From the NCBI GenBank assembly GCA_045811185.1, contig JBJMUN010000046.1, positions 10,160-74,159 of the forward strand: a stretch of 64,000 nt of DNA, read 5' to 3'. Below are positions 42,286 to 50,935 of the stretch, in pieces (the first letter of the stretch is position 1; each line of letters starts with the position of its first letter). The notes beneath the pieces are model-generated. The model did no database searches. It had not been told where the DNA came from and saw only the letters and a list, made by a program, of their open reading frames with translations. This stretch comes from Sphingomicrobium sp. (lineage in GTDB: Bacteria > Pseudomonadota > Alphaproteobacteria > Sphingomonadales > Sphingomonadaceae). The position numbers were made by a program, and so were the translations under genes.

Positions 42286-42779
42286 CAGCCCTCTGCTAGC
42301 TCACCTTCCGGAGCGCCGCGGCCGAGCTTGTCGGGCAGGCGGTCACCGTTCGCTGTGAACGCGAGGCTCACTGAATTGATGCAATAGCGCTGACCGGTCG
42401 GCGGCGGCCCGTCCGGGAACACGTGTCCCTGGTGGGACCCGCACCGGGCACAGACGATCTCCGTCCGGACCATGCCATAGCTGGTATCTTCGATGTACTT
42501 CAGATGCCCTTCGGCAAACGGCTGCGTGAAGCTCGGCCAGCCAGTGCCGCTCTCGAACTTGGTGCCGCCGTGAAACAGCGGAAGTCCGCACAAGCGACAC
42601 GTAAAGACGCCCGCCCTCTTCTCGTGAAGGAAAGTGCCGCAGAAAGGCGCCTCGGTACCATGTTCGAGAAGGACGTGCCGTTCATCGTCCTCGAGGTCAG
42701 CGACAAGTTCTTTGAACTGCTCCTCCGTTGGGGGTGTAAGATCAAAGGCGATCGAGGCGGTGGCTGTGTCCTGGGCCAT
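42285..42779 (-). CDS. msrB: Peptide-methionine (R)-S-oxide reductase
   Basis: HGTEAPF, CRLC, KFESGTGWPSF, CARCGSHQGHVFPDGP, RYCINS. Confidence 0.96.
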   Translation of the reverse strand: MAQDTATASIAFDLTPPTEEQFKELVADLEDDERHVLLEHGTEAPFCGTFLHEKRAGVFTCRLCGLPLFHGGTKFESGTGWPSFTQPFAEGHLKYIEDTSYGMVRTEIVCARCGSHQGHVFPDGPPPTGQRYCINSVSLAFTANGDRLPDKLGRGAPEGELAEG

Positions 42780-42825
42780 GAGTCCTCCTTGCGGTGCGCC
42801 CTAACATGGGGATGAGATTCGCGCG

Positions 42826-44013
42826 ATGCGATGGTTGTTGACCTTATTCCTTTTGCTCGCCGCCCGAGCTCCGGCGGAGCCCGTGCAGACGCAATCAGAA
42901 GCACTCGCAGACGACGCAATCCAATATGCGGCCCAGTTCGGCGTCGCGCCGAGCGAGGCGCTCCGTCGGCTCAAGGCCCAGGAGGCAAGCGTCGCCGTCA
43001 CCGACGCCATCGCGCGGGAGTTCGTCGACCGGGTGGCCGGGATCTCGTTCGTTCATTCACCCGACTATCGCATCGTCGTCCTGCTCACAGGCAATCAGCC
43101 GGTGCCCGACCGCAACGTGGCGGGCGTGTCCATCGTCTTTCGAACTGGCGCAAGCGCCACGCATGGACAGGCGGTCGCGGCGATGCGCAAGCATTTGATC
43201 GACCTCAGGAGCGATCTCCCGAACGCTCGCGGCGCCGGCTATGACCAGCGGACCGGCGAAGTGGTGCTGCTGGTCACCAGTGACGATGCCCGGCGACTGG
43301 GACTCGAAGCTATCCGCCGCCGCGCCGAGCAGGTTGGCGGCGTTCCCGTCCGGGTCGTCGTCAATGAGCTGAACGAGTCGAACATGAGTGTCGACGGCGG
43401 AGGCCGGGTCGAGGGCATCAGCAGCGTCACGGGCCGGCGCAACCTCTGCACCACCGGCTTCGTGGTAACGGACGGGGTCCGTGCCGGCATCACGACGGCA
43501 GCCCATTGTCCCGACGAGCTCACCTACATCGATCGCGACGACAGCAGCTCTTCGTTGTCATTTCTTGGTCAATGGGGTCTTGGCTACCAGGACGTCCAGG
43601 TGAACCTCAGTCCTGACGCGAGCGAACCGCTGTTCTACTCCAATCGCGGCGCAGGCACGCTTCGGCGGCTGGTCAGCTGGCGCAACGTCGCGAGCACGCG
43701 CGCCGGTGAGTTCGTCTGCCACTATGGTGAGAGCTCCGGGTACAGTTGCGCCACGGTCGAGCTGACCGATTACGCGCCACCCGGGGAGCTGTGCGGCGGA
43801 CCCTGCTCTCCCAACTGGGTGACGGTGAAGGGCCCGAGCTGCATCCCGGGCGACAGCGGCGGGCCGGTATTCAGCGGCGCCATCGCATTCGGGATTGCCA
43901 AGGGTGTCAATCACACCCCGTCCGGGCGGTGTCTCTTCTATTATTATATGTCGACGGACTATCTTCCGACGCCCTGGCGGCTGCTGGTAGCCGAGCCTAC
44001 TGCGCCGCGATGA
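42826..44013 (+). CDS. Secreted S1 (alpha-lytic/streptogrisin-like) serine protease with pro-region
   Basis: Signal peptide; about 180-aa pro-region; CTTGF, TAAHC, PGDSGGP, several Cys pairs. Confidence 0.85.
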   Translation: MRWLLTLFLLLAARAPAEPVQTQSEALADDAIQYAAQFGVAPSEALRRLKAQEASVAVTDAIAREFVDRVAGISFVHSPDYRIVVLLTGNQPVPDRNVAGVSIVFRTGASATHGQAVAAMRKHLIDLRSDLPNARGAGYDQRTGEVVLLVTSDDARRLGLEAIRRRAEQVGGVPVRVVVNELNESNMSVDGGGRVEGISSVTGRRNLCTTGFVVTDGVRAGITTAAHCPDELTYIDRDDSSSSLSFLGQWGLGYQDVQVNLSPDASEPLFYSNRGAGTLRRLVSWRNVASTRAGEFVCHYGESSGYSCATVELTDYAPPGELCGGPCSPNWVTVKGPSCIPGDSGGPVFSGAIAFGIAKGVNHTPSGRCLFYYYMSTDYLPTPWRLLVAEPTAPR

Positions 44014-44416
44014 GGCTTCCGCGCTTCTGGTCGGAACCAGGTACCGGTTCGGATGCGTCGTTCCCAACCTTAACGATGCGGTTCTGATCATCGACGTGAA
44101 CGACGATCGGGTTGAGCTGACGGGCCTCGGCATCGTCGAACATCCCGTAGCTCATGATGATGACAAGATCGCCGGGATGGACAAGATGGGCCGCCGCGCC
44201 GTTGATACCGATGATGCCCGTGCCGCGCGGGCCCGGAATGACATAGGTCTCGATGCGGGCCCCGTTGGTAATGTCGACGATCGCCACCTGCTCGCCCTCG
44301 AGCAGATCGGCAGCGTCCATCAACGCAACGTCCATGGTGACCGACCCGACGTAGTCGAGGTCGGCCTGCGTCACCGTTGCCCGGTGGATTTTCGACTTCA
44401 TCATGATCCGCATCAC
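43997..44416 (-). CDS. panD: Aspartate 1-decarboxylase
   Basis: [21 protein letters not shown] (Gly-Ser autocleavage site), [15 protein letters not shown]. Confidence 0.96.
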   Translation of the reverse strand: MMRIMMKSKIHRATVTQADLDYVGSVTMDVALMDAADLLEGEQVAIVDITNGARIETYVIPGPRGTGIIGINGAAAHLVHPGDLVIIMSYGMFDDAEARQLNPIVVHVDDQNRIVKVGNDASEPVPGSDQKRGSLIAAQ

Positions 44417-44612
44417 GGGGATCAGCTCCTTTGTGGCGACGCGCCTCTAGCAGATTGTTTCTGAACAGACACTCTTCAAGTGCTGCACCGCAATATCGCA
44501 GTTGCAGCATGCGGTGTGAATTACCAACTGATGGCGATGGGAGTTGGCGTGCTTTGCGATCTTGGGTGCTTGCATATCCACTAGCTGCTTGATTTCTCTA
44601 GTTTTCATAAAA

Positions 44613-44628
44613 TGGCACAACTCTTGCT
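44613..44628 (+). promoter_or_regulatory. Sigma54 (-24/-12) promoter of pspC
   Basis: TGGCAC-AACTC-TTGCT with GG and GC 12 bp apart. IHF-like site (reverse complement AATCAA-GCAG-CTA) at 44582-44594. Imperfect palindrome GGTGTGAATTACC at 44513-44525. Confidence 0.8.
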
Positions 44629-44665
44629 CAGTAATGTGCACAAGTTTTGCCGATGGAGTGAAAAG

Positions 44666-44962
44666 ATGGAATCCCAGGTCAACCAGGTCGCTCTTCCGCT
44701 GCGGTCGCACACGATTCTCGGTGTATGCGAGGCGGTCGGCGAGGATTTCGGGTTCAACCCGGTTTTCCTGCGGATCCTCTTTGCCGCCTCGGTCATGTGG
44801 AGCCCCACGATCGCGATCAGCGCGTATTTCGGCCTTGGTGCGGTGGTCATGGCATCACGTCTGCTGTTCCCGAAGGCGAAAGCAGAGACGGTCAGCGATG
44901 AGGCACTCGAAGAGCAGAACGTCCCGGCGAACGAACAGCGCGAGCTGAAGAAGGCGGCTTAA
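44666..44962 (+). CDS. PspC-domain protein (orphan)
   Basis: ILGVCEAVGEDFGFNPVFLRILF...AY: the PspC GVC.G.A..F....VR pattern; SD GGAG. Confidence 0.82.
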   Translation: MESQVNQVALPLRSHTILGVCEAVGEDFGFNPVFLRILFAASVMWSPTIAISAYFGLGAVVMASRLLFPKAKAETVSDEALEEQNVPANEQRELKKAA

Positions 44963-45630
44963 TACTCACCCCGCGCTTCGGCGCGGGCTTCGAGAAGGTC
45001 GAACAAGGCGCGGTGCTGCAGAAGCAGCTGCTCTCCGCCAAAGCCAAGCGCACGCGCGCTCGCCGGTGTCTCGGATCCCTGTTCGATGGCCGTTACCACC
45101 GACGTTTCGTCAGGAAGCGATGGTGCGGGAGCCTCGGTACCCACGCGAGCCGCGGCGCGATCGAGCAGGCGGCGGATCGGCCACCAGTCGCCGACAAGCG
45201 CGGTCGCCGCACCAAGGGCGCACCCGTTGCGCTCGGACATCGCAAGTGTCTCCAGCGCGTGCCTGGCAGTCACAAGGCTTGACTCGGTTTCTGCGGCGCC
45301 AGGGGTGCTCGGCAGCGGCCCGACGGCAGCAGTAAGGCGCACGAGGTAAAGCCGCTCGCGCTCGAACCCTTCCGAGGCGCGGCCCAGCCAATCCTGTGCC
45401 GGCCCCTTGGGACAGCGTTGAAGCGCAAGCTCGATAAGTCCGGGATACCGACCGTGCAGGCTGCACAGTAGGTGCACGGCATCGGCAAGGTCGCGTCCTG
45501 CATGGCGACCCGATGCTTCGAGAAGACGATTAAGGTAGGCATGACGAGCGCATCCCTCGCTCGCGACGCGCGCAAGCTGGGTCTCGGCGACGCTGACCTG
45601 ATGATGGCCGACGGACCGATTGATCGCCAT
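44959..45630 (-). CDS. Conserved all-helical hypothetical protein (DUF6975-like)
   Basis: LHGRYPGLIE, FERERLYL, GPLPSTPG, HALETLAMSERNGCALGAA..LVGDW; SD GCAAGGA. Confidence 0.6.
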   Translation of the reverse strand: MAINRSVGHHQVSVAETQLARVASEGCARHAYLNRLLEASGRHAGRDLADAVHLLCSLHGRYPGLIELALQRCPKGPAQDWLGRASEGFERERLYLVRLTAAVGPLPSTPGAAETESSLVTARHALETLAMSERNGCALGAATALVGDWWPIRRLLDRAAARVGTEAPAPSLPDETSVVTAIEQGSETPASARALGFGGEQLLLQHRALFDLLEARAEARGEY

Positions 45631-45759
45631 TCCTTGCCCCTTGTCCCGGCCTCGTTGAGAGGCCTTAAGCGGTCCGTCCTAACGCAAGGGCGTAAAGACG
45701 AGGTTTATGGACGAGTAAGCTTTCGGGAACCCTGATTACTCGCCCCTCGGGCGCAAAAA

Positions 45760-47157
45760 TCAGTCATCCCGATACGCAAGCTCGAAGTTGCCCCAGCGCC
45801 GGCCCTTGATCCACAGCGGCACGAAGACGTTCTTCACCGGGATGAACTTGTCGCCGAGTTCCATCCGGTAGGTCGCGAGGGTCGCGGGTCGTTCACTGGC
45901 GAGCGCCATCCTCGTCGTGTCATCGATGAGGATCCGCTTGTTGCGGCAGTGCTCGTCATTCCAAACGGGGTCCGTACCCTGCGGGTGGCTGCGCTTGCTG
46001 AGGTGGGTCGGCAGATAGCCGTTCATGTCGCCGATCGCGCAGCCGATGATTCGCCCATCCGAGCTTTCGCTGCGATCGAGGATCGGACGGACATGGCGGT
46101 CTGCGGTTTCGTTGAAGCGCACGTCATACTGGACGGGGTTGGTGCCCTCTACGATCTTGTAATCATGGTCAAAGACGTCCTCGACCGTGATTTCGCCCTC
46201 ATCAATGGCGCGCTCGATGAGAGCCTGGATCTGTCGGCAGGTCTCCTGCGCCTTTAGGATGAACGGCGTATCGTCGATCTCCGCGCCGGAATTGGCGAGC
46301 GTATCGAGCATGGTGTTCGACAATAGCTCCAGGTGCGCGAGCCGCTTCTCGGCAGTCAGCAGTTCCTTGCCATTGTCGCGAGCATCAGCCGCAAAATCGG
46401 TGAGGCCGGCCTTCACGCGATCGACGCTGGTCTGGATCATGCTGGTCGAGTGGGCGATTCCCTCGGTCTGGCGGTCGACCATGCCGACAATCTCGCTGAC
46501 CTCGCGGACGGTCTCGCTGATCGTGCCGAAGCCGGACTGTGCTGCACGGCTGCGTTCAACGCCTGTCTTGATCTCAGTGGTCACTGCGCCCGCCTCGCGG
46601 GTCAGCTCACCGATGGTCGAGGCGATCTGACTGGTAGCGGCACGGGTGTCGTGCGCGAGCTTCTTCACTTCGGCGGCAACCACGGCGAAGCTGCGGCCGG
46701 CGTCCCCGGCGCGAGCAGCCTCGATCGTCGCATTGAGAGCGAGCATGTTGGTCTTGCGGGCAATCGTTTCGATTGTCGAGGAAACGCTCTGGACCTGGCT
46801 CATCGCGGTTGCAAAGCCGGCCATTCGCTCGCCGAGCTGAACGATGAGCTCGGTCAGGCTCTTGAAGCCGTCGATCGTGCCTTCGATCGCCTCACGGCCG
46901 GCCTCGAGCTTTGCCTTCGCCTGCTCGGAAAGCAGCCGGGCTTCGTCGGTTGAATCGCTGACGCGGGCCTGGTCCCCCAGCAGCCTCGTCGTCACTTCCT
47001 CGAGCTGGTCGAGCATCTTCATGTGCTCGCCGATGCGATCCGAGACCCCCTTCACGTAGCCGGCGACGTCACTGCATTCCATTGAGAGCGAGCCGCAATC
47101 GCGCGCCACCGCGCGGATGGCGTTCTCGGTGACTTGCTCGATACCCTGCGTGGCCAT
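45760..47157 (-). CDS. Soluble methyl-accepting chemotaxis protein with C-terminal domain
   Basis: Hairpin tip [37 protein letters not shown]; no TM helix; extra C-terminal domain of about 170 aa ([17 protein letters not shown]). Confidence 0.92.
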   Translation of the reverse strand: MATQGIEQVTENAIRAVARDCGSLSMECSDVAGYVKGVSDRIGEHMKMLDQLEEVTTRLLGDQARVSDSTDEARLLSEQAKAKLEAGREAIEGTIDGFKSLTELIVQLGERMAGFATAMSQVQSVSSTIETIARKTNMLALNATIEAARAGDAGRSFAVVAAEVKKLAHDTRAATSQIASTIGELTREAGAVTTEIKTGVERSRAAQSGFGTISETVREVSEIVGMVDRQTEGIAHSTSMIQTSVDRVKAGLTDFAADARDNGKELLTAEKRLAHLELLSNTMLDTLANSGAEIDDTPFILKAQETCRQIQALIERAIDEGEITVEDVFDHDYKIVEGTNPVQYDVRFNETADRHVRPILDRSESSDGRIIGCAIGDMNGYLPTHLSKRSHPQGTDPVWNDEHCRNKRILIDDTTRMALASERPATLATYRMELGDKFIPVKNVFVPLWIKGRRWGNFELAYRDD

Positions 47158-47461
47158 TGAAGGCGCGCTCCCACTCCCAGACGTGTGAGCGTGGATAGGC
47201 GCAACCTCCTACTCTTTCGTTAACCACGCTCCGCTGGCGCGACCGGACAATGTCCGGGGGAATAGAGCGCATCGCTCTTCCGATGATCCACGAAACTCCA
47301 GGCGAGCCGAGCGTTGCCGCCGCCAGACGATGTCGAAATCGACGGCGCTCCAAGAGACGCGGGCATGGGTGGGAATGCGCGTCTCATGGGACTGAGCGCG
47401 GCGAGTGGCTACGCCCGACGCGCGCGACCGGCCGCGCACCCTACGCTCCTCTCGCCAACGC

Positions 47462-48661
47462 TCAGTAGTGCAGGAAACCCCCGCGCTGTTCTTCCCATTC
47501 CTGTTCGTCGCGAACGGTCAGCGCTTCGAGGTCGCCAGGCGCGGCGCCGGGATCATCCACCCACTCGCGCAGCAAGGACGAGCCATTGATGACGTCGATC
47601 GCAAGCTTGTCGAAGACATATTCGTAGGGGAAGTCGCGCCACAAATCGTAGTCGGGATGGAGACGGCGAATTGCCTTGAAGGCGAGCGACTGCAGGCGCC
47701 AGGGCCTGAATTCACCGTGATCGTAGAACTCGCCCTCGGCGTGAATGAAGACGCCGCGGCACATCTCTCCGACATGCTTATGGAAGGTCGGCTGGAACGT
47801 TACGTCGCGCAGCTTGCAGCCGCGGAGCCATTCGGGCGCGAGGCGCTCCATCTCGGCCATGACCCTGTTCGGGTTGAGATCGGGCGCGCCGAATAGCTCC
47901 AACGGACGCGTGGTCCCCCTACCCTCGCTGAGATTCGTGCCTTCGAGCATGACCGTGCCGGCGTACGCTCGGCCCATGTTGAGGTTCGCAGCATTCGGGC
48001 TTGGGTTGATCCACACGCGCTCCGGCGGCCAGCCAAACCCTGGAGCTTCATGAGGCTTCCAGCCCACCATCTCGATGACGCGATAATCCACGTCGAGCCC
48101 GAACTGCTTGATGAACCAGTGGCCAAGCTCCCCGAGGGTCATTCCGTGCCGCATCGGCATCGGGCCCGCACCCACGAAACTTTCCCAGCCCGGCCGAAGC
48201 GTCAGCCCTTCAACCGGTCGGCCGGCCGGATTCGGGCGGTCCAGCACCCAGACGCTCTTGCCATGCTCGGCGGCAGCTTCGAGCACGTAGAGCAGCGTCG
48301 TCACATAGGTATAGATCCGGCAGCCGAGGTCCTGAAGATCGATCAGGATCGTGTCGAAGGTTCCCATCGACTGTCCAGTGGGACGACGAACCTCGCCGTA
48401 GAGGCTGAAGACCGGCACGCCGTAGGTCGGGTCAGTGAAGTCGGGCGACTCCATCATGTTGTCCTGAAGGTCGCCACGGACGCCATGTTGGGGTCCGAAA
48501 ACCGCGGAGATCTTCACCCCGGCACCAAAAAGCGCGTCGAGACTGTGCGTCAGGTCCCTTGTGACCGACGCGGGATGCGCAAGCAGGGCCACGCGCCTCC
48601 CTTCGAGGGGACGACGAAGCTCCGGCTCGGCGAGGAGCCGGTCGATACCGAACTGGGTCAT
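47462..48661 (-). CDS. DUF1343 / NamZ-like exo-beta-N-acetylmuramidase family protein
   Basis: FGPQHG, SLYG, DLQDLGCRIYTY, VLDRPNP, PSPN, EGRGTTRPLE; no signal peptide. Confidence 0.9.
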   Translation of the reverse strand: MTQFGIDRLLAEPELRRPLEGRRVALLAHPASVTRDLTHSLDALFGAGVKISAVFGPQHGVRGDLQDNMMESPDFTDPTYGVPVFSLYGEVRRPTGQSMGTFDTILIDLQDLGCRIYTYVTTLLYVLEAAAEHGKSVWVLDRPNPAGRPVEGLTLRPGWESFVGAGPMPMRHGMTLGELGHWFIKQFGLDVDYRVIEMVGWKPHEAPGFGWPPERVWINPSPNAANLNMGRAYAGTVMLEGTNLSEGRGTTRPLELFGAPDLNPNRVMAEMERLAPEWLRGCKLRDVTFQPTFHKHVGEMCRGVFIHAEGEFYDHGEFRPWRLQSLAFKAIRRLHPDYDLWRDFPYEYVFDKLAIDVINGSSLLREWVDDPGAAPGDLEALTVRDEQEWEEQRGGFLHY

Positions 48662-48672
48662 GGAAAAGCTGC

Positions 48673-49209
48673 TTAGGGCAGGTGCGCGGTGAAGCAAGCG
48701 GCGTCGTGGAAGTCGGGCTTTTCCTCGGACGAATGGGCCAACGCCCAATAGGATTTTGTCCCGTCCTTCTCCTCGAGAACAGCCGAGAGACCAAGCTCCC
48801 AGCGGATCTCGGCGTCCACCGCGATGGTCGCGCCGAGCGCCCACCAGGTCAGGTTGTCTTCCATGCGGATGTATGGGTCAGCGACATCGGGATTGGTCTT
48901 TGCCTCCCGAGCGGATTCAAAATCGTACGACGCCCAGTTTCCGGACGGCGCGAAATTCCATTCGCGGTACGCCATCTCGCCCACGGGGCGGAGAAACGCC
49001 TCCAGGCAGGTCGTCCGCCATAGCTCGTCCGCCCTTCCTGGCTCTTCCGCTTCGGGCATGACGAAGCGGCTCGCTGGCGCGCCGATGCCGAACCAGATGT
49101 TCGTCGAAGCAACCACGCCGAGCGAGCCGGCGTGGTCGACGTTGACCCAGACCTTGAAATCCGGGCCCGACAGCGGCGTCGCGGGATGGCGGACGAGGCT
49201 AAACTGCAT
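48673..49209 (-). CDS. DOMON-like domain protein
   Basis: RADELWRTTCLEAF, YREWNFAPSGNWASY.F..R, LSAVLEEKDG..SYWALAH..KPDFH. Confidence 0.8.
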   Translation of the reverse strand: MQFSLVRHPATPLSGPDFKVWVNVDHAGSLGVVASTNIWFGIGAPASRFVMPEAEEPGRADELWRTTCLEAFLRPVGEMAYREWNFAPSGNWASYDFESAREAKTNPDVADPYIRMEDNLTWWALGATIAVDAEIRWELGLSAVLEEKDGTKSYWALAHSSEEKPDFHDAACFTAHLP

Positions 49210-49254
49210 CGCGGCAGCGTAGCATGCAGGAGTTAACGACGCTAAGCGGCACCA

Positions 49255-50478
49255 ATGACCGGCTACAATTCTTCTCTCCTCAAACTCCTCGATGAGCGCG
49301 GCTACATTCATCAGGTGACCGACGCCGCGTCACTCGATGCGCTCGCCACGAAGGAAATCGTCAGCGCTTACGTTGGGTTCGATGCAACGGCGCCCAGCCT
49401 GCACGTTGGCAATCTCGTCTCGATCATGATGCTGCGCCGTCTTCAGCAGGCGGGCCATCGTCCGATCGTTCTGATGGGCGGCGGCACGACCAAGATTGGC
49501 GATCCTTCGGGGAAGGACGAAAGCCGCAAGCTGCTCTCGACTGAGGAAATCGATGCGAACATCGCCAGCATCCGGAAAGTCTTCGGGCGATTGTTGAGGT
49601 TCGGCGACGGACCCTCAGACGCAATCATGGTCAACAATGCCGACTGGCTCGACACGCTCGAATACATCCCGTTGCTGCGCGACGTTGGACGGCATTTCAC
49701 GATCAATCGCATGCTGACCTTCGACAGCGTTCGGTTGCGGCTCGACCGCGAGCAGCCGATGACGTTCCTCGAATTCAACTACATGATCCTCCAGGCCTAC
49801 GACTTCCTGGAGCTATCGCGGCGCGTCGGCTGCCGCGCGCAGATGGGGGGATCCGACCAGTGGGGGAATATCGTCAACGGCGTCGAACTTGGACGGCGGA
49901 TCGACGGAACGGAGCTGTTCGGCGTCACGACGCCGCTCATCACCACCGCGGACGGAGCGAAAATGGGAAAGACCGCCCAGGGCGCTGTCTGGCTCAACGA
50001 GCAGTTCCTGAGCCCCTACGACTATTGGCAGTTCTGGCGGAACACGCAGGACGAGGACGTCGGGCGCTTCCTCAAGCTGTTTACTGACTTGTCGCTCGAG
50101 GACATCGGGCGACTGGAAAGCCTGCCCGGCGCCGAGATCAACGACGCCAAGGTAATTCTTGCAACCGAAGCCACTGCGATGCTCCATGGACGAGAGGCTG
50201 CATTGGCAGCGGAGCAGACGGCCCGCGAGACCTTTGCCGGCGGAGGCATCGGCGAAGACCTCCCTACCCTGTCTATCGGCGAGGGCATGAACATCGCGCA
50301 TGCGCTGACGGCACTCGGCTTCACGCCGTCCAACAAGGAGGCCAAGCGAAAGATCGCCGAAGGCGCGGTGCGCATCGACGACGTCCCGGTGAACGATCCT
50401 GGGCTGATTCTGAGCGCCGGCGAGCAGCCGCTAAAGGTCAGCCTCGGGAAGAAGCGCCACGGCCTGCTCGTCCGCTAG
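49255..50478 (+). CDS. tyrS: Tyrosine--tRNA ligase
   Basis: [41 protein letters not shown]-terminal S4 domain. Confidence 0.98.
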   Translation: MTGYNSSLLKLLDERGYIHQVTDAASLDALATKEIVSAYVGFDATAPSLHVGNLVSIMMLRRLQQAGHRPIVLMGGGTTKIGDPSGKDESRKLLSTEEIDANIASIRKVFGRLLRFGDGPSDAIMVNNADWLDTLEYIPLLRDVGRHFTINRMLTFDSVRLRLDREQPMTFLEFNYMILQAYDFLELSRRVGCRAQMGGSDQWGNIVNGVELGRRIDGTELFGVTTPLITTADGAKMGKTAQGAVWLNEQFLSPYDYWQFWRNTQDEDVGRFLKLFTDLSLEDIGRLESLPGAEINDAKVILATEATAMLHGREAALAAEQTARETFAGGGIGEDLPTLSIGEGMNIAHALTALGFTPSNKEAKRKIAEGAVRIDDVPVNDPGLILSAGEQPLKVSLGKKRHGLLVR

Positions 50479-50924
50479 CCGCGGCGAACGAGCACGACCC
50501 CTGCGACCACGAGCATCGCGCCAAGGATACGGCCGGCACTGACCGGATCGCGCTGCAGTCCGAGTGCTCCGATATGATCGAGGACTAAAGCCATCGCGAT
50601 CTGTCCCGCGATGCCGATCGTGATGAGCGATGCAAGGCCGATCTTCGGTGCGGCGTAGGCAGCAACCGCCACGTACGTGGCACCGTAAAGTCCGCCGGCC
50701 CACGCATACCAGGGCAGGCCGGCAAATGCCGCACCGGGCGGTCGTTTGCCGCTCCCGAGCCACACTGCCAGCAACGCCAGCGTTCCCACCGCAAAGGAAA
50801 TCAAGGCGGCGAGCACCGGCGATCCGCCCGTCCGCGCGAGAATCGCATTGGTTGGCGCCTGAAGCGCAATCAGGCCGCCGGCACCGAGCACAAGCAGTAT
50901 CGGCAGCCACGCCGCTGGATTCAT
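50475..50924 (-). CDS. DMT-superfamily transporter (YdcZ/DUF606-like)
   Basis: [35 protein letters not shown]; five TMs. Confidence 0.85.
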   Translation of the reverse strand: MNPAAWLPILLVLGAGGLIALQAPTNAILARTGGSPVLAALISFAVGTLALLAVWLGSGKRPPGAAFAGLPWYAWAGGLYGATYVAVAAYAAPKIGLASLITIGIAGQIAMALVLDHIGALGLQRDPVSAGRILGAMLVVAGVVLVRRG

Positions 50925-50935
50925 CGCGCTTTTCC

